Position numbers and translations under genes: made by a program. 64,000 bases of DNA from an uncultured Clostridium sp. (lineage in GTDB: Bacteria; Bacillota; Clostridia; TANB77; CAG-508): positions 45,580 to 109,579 of the forward strand of contig CANBHY010000007.1 of assembly GCA_947368535.1 (NCBI GenBank), read 5' to 3'. Shown here piece by piece: positions 11,501-20,588 of the stretch. The notes beneath the pieces were generated by a model that did not search any database, had not been told where the DNA came from, and worked only from the letters and a program-made list of their open reading frames with translations. The first letter of the stretch is position 1; every line of letters starts with the position of its first letter.

Positions 11501-14414
11501 TACTTCCTAAAATTTGAGCTTGTAATATTTTACCATTTCCACCTGCAGCTGGGAAATAATCCATAGCAGATAATATAACTGGTTTATCTAATTTAATAGT
11601 AATGTACTTTTGAGTATCACTTCCATTCCATGCTGAGTGCCATCTAGTATAATAATTTCCATCAATAGCAAATGATGCATTTCCTTGATTTGAAGTTGCT
11701 TCTGAAGAAACATTTTCTATTGATAAATGAGCTATTTTTATATATTTTCTCTTAGGATTTATTTCATCTTGAGTAAATTCTAAAGTTGTAACATCACTTG
11801 CTAATCCTGTTCCTGAAGGAGCCACTCTTACTTGTATAGTTTTATCTCCTGTTAAATCTGGTTCCTCTGTTGCATATGATGTCCATGGATCATTTTCATT
11901 AAAACGCCATTCCATTATATTTGTTGTACCCATTACTTTATTTTCTAAATCATTGTTATATAATGTTGGAGCATTTGTTTCTGTAATATCTATTTTATAT
12001 AAATTCTCTTCATTGTAATTTACACCAACAATATGAATATAAATATCATCTTCTGCATTAATACTCTTTATTTCTTCCTCAGTTAGTTGCCATTTATGTT
12101 CTTCTTCTGCTGAAAATGCTACTTCATGCCATGTTTGTTTTCCATCTAAACTATAATCCCAACGAACACCATTTCCATCAAAACGACTTGATAATACAAT
12201 TTTATCTGCATCTTCACCATCAAATGAGAATGTAGCTATTGTTTTATCTAATTTTCCTAATAAGAAATTAGCTTCTGTTCTTGTTAAAGATGGCTGATAA
12301 ACATAATAATTATCTGCTGTATTGTTAGGTACTTTTGTTCCTTCTGTTAATATTCTTGTTTGTAATAATGTAAATCTATAAGAATTTTCTACACTTGTTA
12401 ATTTAGGTTTTATTAAATTTGTTAATTGTTGCATTGGTAATGGGAAATATTTTAAGTTTTCTCCAACTTCTCTAGCCAACTCAAAATATTCATCTTCTGT
12501 TTTAGTTGTACTTGTATTATATACATTAATTAATCCTAACCATGCATCAAGATTTATTGGTTGTATTTCTAATGCTCTTCTATAAATCTCTTCTTGTTTT
12601 ACTAAATCACCTTCATATGATTTAGCAAGCATTACAGTTTCTTCACATTTTTCAAAATTTTCATAATCGTTTAATGCTTCTTGAGCTAATGCCATATATA
12701 CAACTTGATAAGATCCTCTAGCATAATTAGTATTAGCATTACCCCAACCTAATAATAATCTTTCACCTTTTTCAGATAAAGTCCATCCGCTTACATCATT
12801 ATCTAGATTCCAATATCCATTTCCATTGTTATCTTGACCATAATATATAATAGCTGCGTGTCCTGGTTGCCCTATAACTGCTGCAGGTATACCATGAGAT
12901 GTACGAATATTTGAACCCGTTTTTGAAATACCACCACAAACAGCTCCAGTTCCAAATTCATTTCTAAAGTTCATCCAAACTTTATAAATTTTTTTATTCT
13001 CTGAGCTATAAGTTACTCCATATTTAGAAAATATTCCATTGAATTTTTTATCCCAATAATCTTTTCTATCTGGATCATGGAATACTGGATTGCCATAATT
13101 AGGATACACATATGCCATATAAGGGTGTGGTGTTAAATATGTCCATGCCTTGTTTGGTTGTGCATCAATAAAAGATTGTGTATATTCATTTAACCATAAT
13201 ATTTCTTCATCATCTATAATGTTGTTTAAAACAAAACGCATTTCTTCTACATTATAAGATTCAAACCATTTTGTAATATCTATACTATCAGTAACTACAA
13301 AGTTTCCTTCATCATACATTTTCTTGAAAATTGCATAACGTGTAACTGCATCTGATTGATTTAATGGTTCACTTGGTTGCATCCATAAAGCTACACGAGC
13401 TGAATGTGTAAGTGAAAGTGTAATTGCCATTTTCTTATATAGGTCACCCTTTACTGTTCCATATTTTGATACTTCTTTTACTTCAAAATCATTTTGATAT
13501 TTAGTATATAATTTTGATAATACATTTAAAGAACTATAGTAACTACCACCTTCTGGCTTTCCACCAAGAATATAAAGCTTCAATGTATCTAAATCATTCA
13601 TCAACCATGAAAGTGTTGCTTGATTTTCTTCACTTTCACTACAAAAACGTTTTAAAGCATATTGACCAGCATTTGATACAAGTTCTCTTTGTAATAATAC
13701 TAGTTCATACTCTTTATTTGATAAATCTGCATTCGCAAATTCAGTTTTAATTCTTTTATCTAAGTCCTCAACGCTGTTAACTAATCCTTCACCTGGTTCT
13801 TTATATGTTTCTTTAATTAATTTAGCATCTGCATATACTGAATGGTCATTACCATTGCTTCCATTAGCATCTGCATATAATTTTAAAAATTTTGCATCTC
13901 TTATATCTATTTTAACAAATGTTGCATTTTGTCCAGGTTTAGATACTTCTGGATTTTCATCAGTTTTTAAGTTCCAATTTTTTCCGTCTTCTGAAGTATA
14001 AATATAAAATTTAACTCCATTACTACTAGATGCTGCTGTTGTATTTAATCCTATATATGCTGTAAAATAATCATATCCTAAGTAATCTGTTAAATCATAT
14101 ACTACTGTTGAAGTAGCATGTGCCCATATTCCTTTTTTAAATGAATAATTAGCACCTTCGACTTTAACTGATATTAATGCACCATCAGATGTCTTATCTA
14201 AACAAATTGTTTTCCATCCTGCAGCTGATTGATTTGCCACATATGGAATATCTGATAAATAACAAAATTCATTGTTATTAGAATCTTCTGTACTAGCTAA
14301 AACTGTAAAAGGACTAGTTTCATTTATTAGTAAAACTAGTGTTAATATAATAATGCAAAAACTAATTTTAAATAAGTATTTAAATCTACTTTTTTCATTT
14401 TCTATATTATTCAT
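8598..14414 (-). CDS. Giant (1938-aa) LPxTG cell-wall-anchored surface protein with NPCBM-like and F5/8 type C (discoidin) carbohydrate-binding domains; putative glycan-active adhesin/enzyme
   Basis: N-terminal signal/TM segment. An NPCBM-like segment follows it (CYLSDIPYV…GWKT…KKGIWAHATS). Discoidin motifs (AIDGN..T.WH) occur twice. There are seven tandem ~84-aa modules (DWIDKEAP…YDITE…TNNDGKDTYTFTENGEFEF…). A PSPSDNPT x~10 linker follows the modules. The C-terminal sorting signal is LPYTG plus a hydrophobic stretch and KMRK. Confidence 0.8.
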   Translation of the reverse strand: MNNIENEKSRFKYLFKISFCIIILTLVLLINETSPFTVLASTEDSNNNEFCYLSDIPYVANQSAAGWKTICLDKTSDGALISVKVEGANYSFKKGIWAHATSTVVYDLTDYLGYDYFTAYIGLNTTAASSSNGVKFYIYTSEDGKNWNLKTDENPEVSKPGQNATFVKIDIRDAKFLKLYADANGSNGNDHSVYADAKLIKETYKEPGEGLVNSVEDLDKRIKTEFANADLSNKEYELVLLQRELVSNAGQYALKRFCSESEENQATLSWLMNDLDTLKLYILGGKPEGGSYYSSLNVLSKLYTKYQNDFEVKEVSKYGTVKGDLYKKMAITLSLTHSARVALWMQPSEPLNQSDAVTRYAIFKKMYDEGNFVVTDSIDITKWFESYNVEEMRFVLNNIIDDEEILWLNEYTQSFIDAQPNKAWTYLTPHPYMAYVYPNYGNPVFHDPDRKDYWDKKFNGIFSKYGVTYSSENKKIYKVWMNFRNEFGTGAVCGGISKTGSNIRTSHGIPAAVIGQPGHAAIIYYGQDNNGNGYWNLDNDVSGWTLSEKGERLLLGWGNANTNYARGSYQVVYMALAQEALNDYENFEKCEETVMLAKSYEGDLVKQEEIYRRALEIQPINLDAWLGLINVYNTSTTKTEDEYFELAREVGENLKYFPLPMQQLTNLIKPKLTSVENSYRFTLLQTRILTEGTKVPNNTADNYYVYQPSLTRTEANFLLGKLDKTIATFSFDGEDADKIVLSSRFDGNGVRWDYSLDGKQTWHEVAFSAEEEHKWQLTEEEIKSINAEDDIYIHIVGVNYNEENLYKIDITETNAPTLYNNDLENKVMGTTNIMEWRFNENDPWTSYATEEPDLTGDKTIQVRVAPSGTGLASDVTTLEFTQDEINPKRKYIKIAHLSIENVSSEATSNQGNASFAIDGNYYTRWHSAWNGSDTQKYITIKLDKPVILSAMDYFPAAGGNGKILQAQILGSMDGENFTEIKNVTWANNDTTKTIDFEEPVQVQYIKIVGARTSSGGGGNFIAARMFNFYEDTTIKIVADFSFDGTNGGKIILADEYKNSNWEYSIDGGNTWKAGNLSENQLSEEELNQISEENKIKIRFNENEVYTINIKTGTVPTINAYLNDLENRLIGLDNKDILEWKLENDNNWTDYSEEEPVVVGDRKLLVRAKAKGLYTASDIIEYQFTQDTDTETQKYVPIKHLSIESYSTESADSARPFYALNAIDGNINTLWHTDFRYSVLEQEGNPFINIKLDEPRYMSALEFVQTKYKENDPDFIKNAIVYISEDGENWIEAGRIEECPQDNELRKITFNESIYGQYVKLEVETYGIFASVAMVNLYEDITKREEIVVPTAEIEYSTTEMTNQDVVATVVNPSTEITITNNDGKDTYTFTENGEFTFEFVDNKGTKGTIKAVVNWIDKVAPIGSVQYDITEMTNQNVTATLMTSEDVIVLNNDGKDTYTFTENGQFEFVFRDEAGNEAKTIAVVDWIDKEAPEATISYDITEDTIQDVVATIECDEEITIINNDGENTYTFTKNGEFEFIYTDKLGNEGRVTAKVDWIDREAPIGKVNYDITEITGNDVVATLEANEEITVTNNNGKNTYIFTENGEFEFTFIDKAGNEGKAIAKVDWIDKELPEITVIYNIENITNQDVTAKIESSKEITITNNDGEDEYTFTENGEFTFEYVTKAGKYGEVTVKVDWIDKEAPIARVSYDITEETTENVVATVEANEEIIITNNDGKDTYIFTENGEFEFTFRDEAGNEGRVVAKVDWIIEKEPEPSDNPTPSPSDNPTPSPSDNPTPSPSDNPTPSPSDNPTPSPSDNPTPSPSDNPTPSPSDKPTLSPSDKPTSTPDNKPNTSTQPSQDNNSNNSGNKTTGTNSNIVKGEEKTTETQTKTTTSNSDLPYTGYEDISVAFRRIFLTISILALLVIAVYSFYKMRK
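8857..9083. repeat. Perfect 24-bp tandem DNA repeat (~9 copies) encoding the PSPSDNPT linker
   Basis: ggacttggtgttgggttatcgctt is repeated head-to-tail with only 1-2 substitutions per copy. Confidence 0.9.
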
Positions 14415-14540
14415 ATCTTTTTACTCCTTTTCTTTTTAACTTCATCTATCATTATACCATATTTTTCATGTTATGTAAACTCTTGTGCCATTTTTTTGTA
14501 TTTCCAGACTTTTATTCCATTTTTCCAACATTTATATAAA

Positions 14541-14577
14541 TATGAAAAAAGTTGTAAAATATTACTTTTACAACTTT
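14541..14577 (-). terminator. Intrinsic terminator overlapping the stop of the radical SAM gene
   Basis: Hairpin aagttgtaaaa…ttttacaactt, followed by a T-run on the minus strand. Confidence 0.55.
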
Positions 14578-15371
14578 TCTTCTATTTCTAACTCTCTTTT
14601 TTTATAGTACTCCATAACTTTTGAACTTCTACTAAAAATTCTTACATTTCCTAATTTCATTAGTCTTCGTTTTATTTCTAGTTCATCAGAAATTTCATTA
14701 TAAAACAAATTATTCGCATCTGAAAAATGAACAGATTCAAGCGACCTCTCTTCTCCAAAAATACTTCCAACTACAACATCTTTTATATCATGGATTCTCA
14801 TTATATCTTCATATAACTCTATATCTTTCATTGTTATATTTTTCAAAACAGGTTTCATATATAATACTGTTGGTATTTTCCAATCTTTTGGAAGATCAAA
14901 AATTCTAAATCGTCTATCTGGTGAAGCTGTATTGGGTTCTATTTCTCTCCACCTACTTATTGTAGCTGAACTAACAAAAATAACAAATTGTCCTTTATAT
15001 TTAACTAATTCTTTATACTGTTCTATTTCTTCTGGTTTTATTTCTTTTTTAGTTGATAATTGAATTTGATTTCCTCTTTTTAAAAAATATTCTAGCAATT
15101 TTCTGGTTTCTGGTTTATTATTATCATCCCAACATTCTGAAAAACACCCTAAAGTTATTAATGTATCTTTTGTAATTCCTAAAGCTTCAATTTGAGAAAT
15201 TAAATCTTCTGCTTTTTTTACATCTAAAGACACATTTTTGTTATCATATCCCATTTTTGGTAAATAACAATATACACACTGTCCATTACATCCTAAACAA
15301 GTATTTACAAATATTCTCTTTTTATCTTTTGAATATAAATAGCCTGTGTTTATCATTTCTCTCCATTCCAT
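14568..15371 (-). CDS. Radical SAM protein, SPL/DNA-photolyase-like family (COG1533-like)
   Basis: CNGQCVYC (C-x3-C-x2-C) cluster near the N-terminus. 267 aa. Overlaps the upstream HD gene by 19 nt. Confidence 0.65.
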   Translation of the reverse strand: MEWREMINTGYLYSKDKKRIFVNTCLGCNGQCVYCYLPKMGYDNKNVSLDVKKAEDLISQIEALGITKDTLITLGCFSECWDDNNKPETRKLLEYFLKRGNQIQLSTKKEIKPEEIEQYKELVKYKGQFVIFVSSATISRWREIEPNTASPDRRFRIFDLPKDWKIPTVLYMKPVLKNITMKDIELYEDIMRIHDIKDVVVGSIFGEERSLESVHFSDANNLFYNEISDELEIKRRLMKLGNVRIFSRSSKVMEYYKKRELEIEEKL

Positions 15372-16006
15372 TCTTTCATAAATTCATCTAAAAATATTTC
15401 TAAAAACTTATGTCTTTCTTCTGCAATCTTCTTAGCTGAGTCTGTATTTATTAAATCTTTTATATGCAATAATTTATCATGAAAATGATTTATTGTTGTT
15501 TTTGAACCACGTTTTTTATACTCCTCACTAGTTACTATGGCTACATCATCTGGATCATACATTGGTTTCCCTTTTCCACCATCATATGCAAAAGTTCTGC
15601 CTATACCTATTGCACCAATTCCATCTAATCTATCTGCATCTTGTGCTATTTTTCCTTCTATTGAAAGTTCTATTTTAGTATTCATATTAGAACTAAATCC
15701 TAAATTAGCACAACTATATGTAATATTTTTTATATCACTTTCTTCCATATAATTATATATTCCTAATTCTTTTAATGTTTCTTCTAATTTTTCTTCAATG
15801 TCTCCATCAAAAAACTTGTGATCATATACATCATGTAATAAAGTAATCATTGCTACTACAAAATTATTAGCTTTCTCTTCTTTATTAATAAGCATACCAT
15901 TTCTGTAAACTCTTTGAATATGCCACCAGTCATGACTGCTATCTTCATTTTGACATTTTTCTTTCACAAAACTTTTTGTTTTTTCAATTATCTCTTCCTC
16001 ACTCAT
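15353..16006 (-). CDS. HD-domain phosphohydrolase (YpgQ-like (d)NTP pyrophosphohydrolase family)
   Basis: H…HD motifs (WWHIQRV…LLHDVYDHK…D). 217 aa. Confidence 0.65.
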   Translation of the reverse strand: MSEEEIIEKTKSFVKEKCQNEDSSHDWWHIQRVYRNGMLINKEEKANNFVVAMITLLHDVYDHKFFDGDIEEKLEETLKELGIYNYMEESDIKNITYSCANLGFSSNMNTKIELSIEGKIAQDADRLDGIGAIGIGRTFAYDGGKGKPMYDPDDVAIVTSEEYKKRGSKTTINHFHDKLLHIKDLINTDSAKKIAEERHKFLEIFLDEFMKEWNGEK

Positions 16007-16125
16007 ATATATTTCTCACTTCTATCTAATTTATATTTCCTAATAATTTTATCATGGCAATAGTCTTACTTCAATAGTTAATACAAAAAGAAAGTATCTA
16101 ATTTTTTGATACTTTCTTTTTACAC

Positions 16126-18528
16126 CTAATCTAAAATATACACCTTTCCTGAATATGCATCTAGCTCAACTAATTGTCCACTTTTTATCTCTTTAGTAGC
16201 ATTTATCGTTCCAACAATACATGGAACATTAAATTCTCTTGAAAGAATTGCAGCATGACAAGTTATCCCACCTTCATCTGTAATAAATCCAGCTGCTTTT
16301 TCCATTGCTGAAACATAATCAGGTGTAGTCATAGTTGCTACTATTATATCACCTTTTTCTACATTATAAATATCTTCATATTTCTTAAGTACTTTAGCTA
16401 TCCCCTTTACTTTTCCCATATTTGCAACACTACCACAAATTATATTTGATGTTCCTTCAACACTCTCATTTGAAGATTTGTAAATATTAGCTATTTCATT
16501 TTGAAGTAATATACTTTCATCTCCAAATACAGTATATACTTCATTATTAAGCCATATCATTGCAAAACCTTTTTTTCTCTTATGTATCATTTCTTTTATA
16601 TTTGCATCAACAACACCATTTTTTTCTAAAATTTGCAATATCTCTAAATCATCAAGCATTATTAAATCTATAGTTTCTATATTTATTCTGTTTGAAATTT
16701 CCTCAAATATAGTATGTCTAGCTAAATAAAATAAATGATCTGAATATTCTGTTGTATATGTCCTTAAAAACGTAAAATCTCTAATAGCTTTCACTATTTT
16801 TTGAACTTCTAATGAAAAATCATACTCTTTTAAAATATTCTCATACTCAATATCATTATCTTTTCTAACTTTTTGAATAATATTAATTTTCTCTTCAATA
16901 TTAGAATCAAGTAAATTGTCCAATCTTAATAAATATTCTTCTTTTTTAAAACAAGTATCTTCTAATTCTACTGGTCCTTTAATCCATGAATACTTTTTAA
17001 TATGTTCGTCTATTAAATCATCTACATTTTCCCCATTTTTCCTTTTTAAAGCTATTTTAAGTAAATCTAATGGTTCTTCACTATATGAAAGAATATCATA
17101 ATTAGGACAAGTAGAAATTTTAGAAAAGATTAGCTCTATCTCTTTTTTGGAAAAATTATTATTTTCTAATTCTTTTTCTAGTTTATCTATCAAAAACTCT
17201 TCTGGCCTTGTCATACCAGGAATAAAACTTTTAATATACATATCATTAAATTTTTTAAACTCTAACAACAATTCTTCAAAACTACATTCTTTAAAGTTTT
17301 TATTCTCTAAATACTCTAAATATTTTTTTATATCTTTTACTAAATCAAATTCAATATTAGCAAATCTTTCAAAAAAGTTATTTTCTTTACTATATTTTTC
17401 AAAAACATTAGATCCTGATTCTAATGCATATTCATCTCCATTTAAACATAGATAATTTTCAGTAGGAATGAAGAATCCTAACAACTCTTTTTGAAACTTT
17501 TCCATAGTAGAATATATTTCTGTATTTTCAACAAACCAGTTAAATCTCCTTGAAACATAAAAATTCCATTCTCCCGCTTTTTTTATTCTTTCTAATAATT
17601 CATTTTTTCTTAATGTTGTAATAGGTCTGCATTGCAATATATATATACTATTATTTTCAATTCCCCATTCTACATCAACAGGAAAACCATAGAAACTTTC
17701 TAATTTTTTTATCATATTAGACAACTGAATAATCATTTTATCCTCTAATTTTTGATTATCTCCATCATCTATATCCTTCCAATTAGTGGTATTATTAGTC
17801 TTTACTAATTTCATTTTTTGACACTTAATTTCTTTATTTTTTATCGAATTATCTTTTTTACTAACAATATATTTATCAGGAGTTACTTTTCCAGAAACAA
17901 TAGCTTCTCCTAAACCTAAAACAGCTTCTATAACTAATTGATCCAAATCATCTGTAGTTGGATTTGCAGAAAAAGCTACGCCTGAAATATCACTTTGAAC
18001 CATTTTTTGAACAACAACAGCTACTGATATATTATCTATATCACTATTTTTTATTCTATAAAAAATAGCTCTTGGACTAAAACCTGAAACCCAACATTTT
18101 TTAATATTATCAACTAAATCAACTTCATCTATATTTAAAAATGTTTCTAATTGTCCAGCCCAAGCATGTTCTTTTCCATCTTCTGATAACGCAGATGAGC
18201 GTACTGCAACATATTCAGAATCTAATTTTTTATAATAATCCAATAACTCGCTTTTTAACTTATCTGATATATTAGCTTCAAGAATAATTTGAGTTATCTC
18301 TTCTGAAACTTGATTAATTTTTTCCTCATTTTCTATATCACATGTCACAAGTATGTTTTTAATTTTATATTTAATATTATTTTCATCTAAAAACTCTTCA
18401 AATGTATCTGACATAACTACATAACCATTAGGCACATTTACTTTTGTTTGATACATTTTAGCTAAAGATAATCCTTTTCCTCCAGCTCTATCCTCTTCTT
18501 GTATATTTTCAAAAAATTTTATACTCAT
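16126..18528 (-). CDS. PEP-utilizing enzyme family phosphotransferase (PPDK_N ATP-grasp N-domain plus C-terminal phosphohistidine swivel domain; PpsA/Rph-like)
   Basis: N-terminal AGGKGLSLAKM…VPNGYVV (PPDK_N). C-terminal GGITCHAAILSREFNVPCIVG (PEP-utilizers mobile domain with catalytic His). 800 aa, the same architecture as rifampin phosphotransferase and PEP synthase. Confidence 0.75.
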   Translation of the reverse strand: MSIKFFENIQEEDRAGGKGLSLAKMYQTKVNVPNGYVVMSDTFEEFLDENNIKYKIKNILVTCDIENEEKINQVSEEITQIILEANISDKLKSELLDYYKKLDSEYVAVRSSALSEDGKEHAWAGQLETFLNIDEVDLVDNIKKCWVSGFSPRAIFYRIKNSDIDNISVAVVVQKMVQSDISGVAFSANPTTDDLDQLVIEAVLGLGEAIVSGKVTPDKYIVSKKDNSIKNKEIKCQKMKLVKTNNTTNWKDIDDGDNQKLEDKMIIQLSNMIKKLESFYGFPVDVEWGIENNSIYILQCRPITTLRKNELLERIKKAGEWNFYVSRRFNWFVENTEIYSTMEKFQKELLGFFIPTENYLCLNGDEYALESGSNVFEKYSKENNFFERFANIEFDLVKDIKKYLEYLENKNFKECSFEELLLEFKKFNDMYIKSFIPGMTRPEEFLIDKLEKELENNNFSKKEIELIFSKISTCPNYDILSYSEEPLDLLKIALKRKNGENVDDLIDEHIKKYSWIKGPVELEDTCFKKEEYLLRLDNLLDSNIEEKINIIQKVRKDNDIEYENILKEYDFSLEVQKIVKAIRDFTFLRTYTTEYSDHLFYLARHTIFEEISNRINIETIDLIMLDDLEILQILEKNGVVDANIKEMIHKRKKGFAMIWLNNEVYTVFGDESILLQNEIANIYKSSNESVEGTSNIICGSVANMGKVKGIAKVLKKYEDIYNVEKGDIIVATMTTPDYVSAMEKAAGFITDEGGITCHAAILSREFNVPCIVGTINATKEIKSGQLVELDAYSGKVYILD

Positions 18529-18529
18529 A

Positions 18530-18943
18530 TTATTCTCCTATTAAATCTAGAATCAAATTTTCCCAATCTTTTGTTGGTAAAATTCTTATATCAACATCTT
18601 CATCTGAATAATATTCATTAATAATACTATCAAATTTTTTATCTTGTAACTCTTTAGCATTTTTTGATGATAGCTTTATAGATTTATTGTTTATACCATT
18701 TTCAAAAACGATTTCTTTAGTTCTAAAGGAAATAGATATATTGCAAATTTCTTTTCCCACTAAGCTATTAAAATAACTCATAAATGTTGCCAGTTCTTCA
18801 TCTGAAGATTCTCCATAAAAAGCCATATGTACAGTTTTTCCTTTTTCTTCAAGTTTCTTCAAATTGCTTTTAAATATAATAATTTTATTAATATCCATAA
18901 ATTTTTTACTATCATATTCAAACATTAATATATATTTTCTCAT
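18530..18943 (-). CDS. Hypothetical protein (137 aa), translationally coupled between the XRE-HAD gene and the PEP-utilizing gene
   Basis: 4-nt overlap with the upstream gene and a 1-nt gap to the downstream gene. No recognisable motifs. Confidence 0.4.
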   Translation of the reverse strand: MRKYILMFEYDSKKFMDINKIIIFKSNLKKLEEKGKTVHMAFYGESSDEELATFMSYFNSLVGKEICNISISFRTKEIVFENGINNKSIKLSSKNAKELQDKKFDSIINEYYSDEDVDIRILPTKDWENLILDLIGE

Positions 18944-20019
18944 AATTCTATTCCTCCATCTTCATGAACTTTCATTCTAGAATTTAATTTTTCAATACAT
19001 TCCGCAATTCCATCAGAATTTTCCCAATTTCCAACAATTATATCTTTATCATAATTACCAAGTTCACCTATATTAGCAGGAGCAATAAATACTGATCTTA
19101 AATCTAATTTCTTCAATCTATCTTTATTTAATGTATACATTTTTAAATCTTCATCTTGAGAATCTCCACCAATTATTACAAAAGGAACATCATATTTTTC
19201 TTTTAACTTTTTAGTAAGCATAAATACTGATTCTGCTTTAGAATGTTTTTTAGGCTTTATATCAAACTCTTTTCCATAATCATCATAATAAGTAACAGTT
19301 TCAATATCTTCTGAATCAATAAGCCTATCTACTTCTTCACTTACTTTAGCTAAATCAGTTCTTGTTATATCTTCGAAACCAACATTATATAAACTAGTAA
19401 CTTCTGAACTTATTACTCCGCCGTATTGACTTACAATTTTTTCAATCTCACTTCTTTTTTCTAAGATACGTGTATCTAAAGTTAATAACTTGCCTGATTT
19501 GTCTTTTTTAATAATAAAACCACAATATTCTGCAACAGCTCCATCAAATAAATTAGGTAATCCATAATTTCCAGCTAATTCGTCAAGTAATTTGTATTTA
19601 CTTTTAGCTGATTCAAAAGCTGAACCTGTAATCATAGTTATTTGTACTTCACATTTTGACTTATTTTGCATTGCTATAACTGACTCAAAAAACTTTTTAA
19701 CATTTTCAGCTCCACCTTTTAATAATAAGTCCGTTGTACCAGAATAATCTAAAAATAATGGTATTACTCTTTTTCTAGTTGTTTCTTGATATTTTAGAAT
19801 ATCTCCTGGCTGACATTCTAAAACTCTACATATTTCTTCTAATGTGCTAAATCTCATCGCAGAGATATTTCCTGTTTTAATATTAGAAAGATTTACTGGT
19901 GAAATTCCAACTTCTTCAGCTAATTTTCCTAATGTATATCCCTTTTCTTTCATTATTTCTTCCAAATTTGTTATTATTGCCATAATATCTCTCCTTTTTC
20001 TACGGAAACAGTATATCAT
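18940..20019 (-). CDS. HTH_XRE DNA-binding domain fused to a Cof-type HAD phosphatase-like domain
   Basis: N-terminal helix-turn-helix LGKLAEEVGISPVNLSNIKTG. The C-terminus carries HAD motifs III and IV (KKHSKAESV; IIGGDSQDEDLKM). HAD motif I is degenerate (LFLDYSGTT, second Asp replaced by Ser). Confidence 0.55.
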   Translation of the reverse strand: MIYCFRRKRRDIMAIITNLEEIMKEKGYTLGKLAEEVGISPVNLSNIKTGNISAMRFSTLEEICRVLECQPGDILKYQETTRKRVIPLFLDYSGTTDLLLKGGAENVKKFFESVIAMQNKSKCEVQITMITGSAFESAKSKYKLLDELAGNYGLPNLFDGAVAEYCGFIIKKDKSGKLLTLDTRILEKRSEIEKIVSQYGGVISSEVTSLYNVGFEDITRTDLAKVSEEVDRLIDSEDIETVTYYDDYGKEFDIKPKKHSKAESVFMLTKKLKEKYDVPFVIIGGDSQDEDLKMYTLNKDRLKKLDLRSVFIAPANIGELGNYDKDIIVGNWENSDGIAECIEKLNSRMKVHEDGGIEL

Positions 20020-20079
20020 AACATTATGTAAAACGCAATAGTTTTATCGTTTATCATTAAATATTTTATTTTTATAGAT

Positions 20080-20117
20080 AAAAAATCAGCAGTCGCCCTT
20101 TCAGACAACTGCTGATT
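20080..20117 (-). terminator. Intrinsic terminator of the GC-rich ORFan
   Basis: Stem atcagcagt…actgctgat with a 14-nt loop, followed by a T-run on the minus strand. Confidence 0.7.
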
Positions 20118-20144
20118 ATTCTCCGAACTATATGACACCAACCT

Positions 20145-20468
20145 TCAATAGAGCCATGGTTTTCCGTCATTTTGTTCGCACTCCTTCCAGCCCTCTTCTT
20201 CCGGCTCTCCAGCGAAGTAACCTTCAGGCATTTTATATCCCTCAGGCAGCTCTTTCTTTTCAACCAGCTCAAAACCGCCATAAGAGATCTTTTCGTCTCC
20301 CTTTATGCTCTGCAGTCCACAAGACGGACACTTGCAAAAAGGAAGCACATTATGGTAGTAATATCCATCGCTATAGCCCTGCCCATACGAAATGGAACCA
20401 CAGTGCTCACACTTGAACAGCCCATAAAAATTTGATCTGCAACGCCGTTGTACCTTTTCAACTACCAT
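20145..20468 (-). CDS. Small zinc-ribbon protein (107 aa) inside a GC-rich islet
   Basis: CEHCGS…CKCPSCG (2x CxxC) plus an acidic C-terminus. RBS GGAGGAAAGAGG. A consensus sigma-A promoter lies upstream and a terminator downstream. The overlapping antisense ORFs (20072..20281, 20132..20416, 20172..20435) are GC artefacts. Confidence 0.5.
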   Translation of the reverse strand: MVVEKVQRRCRSNFYGLFKCEHCGSISYGQGYSDGYYYHNVLPFCKCPSCGLQSIKGDEKISYGGFELVEKKELPEGYKMPEGYFAGEPEEEGWKECEQNDGKPWLY

Positions 20469-20547
20469 ACCTCTTTCCTCCAGAAAATTTATTTCCTTTC
20501 GTATTCCACAAAGTACTGCGAAGGAATCATAAAGGATTGTCTTTTCT

Positions 20548-20576
20548 ATTATACCTCAACTTTTTACAATTTTCAA
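20548..20576 (-). promoter_or_regulatory. Consensus sigma-A promoter (TTGAAA-17-TATAAT) for the zinc-ribbon ORFan
   Basis: On the minus strand, ttgaaa attgtaaaaagttgagg tataat lies ~75 nt upstream of the ATG. Confidence 0.55.
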
Positions 20577-20588
20577 GTTATGTAAACT

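Noticed and set aside
20072-20435. ORFs 20072..20281(-), 20132..20416(+), 20172..20435(+) in the GC-rich islet
   Set aside because: The elevated GC suppresses stop codons in all frames. Only the 20145..20468 minus-strand frame has an RBS, promoter and terminator in register.
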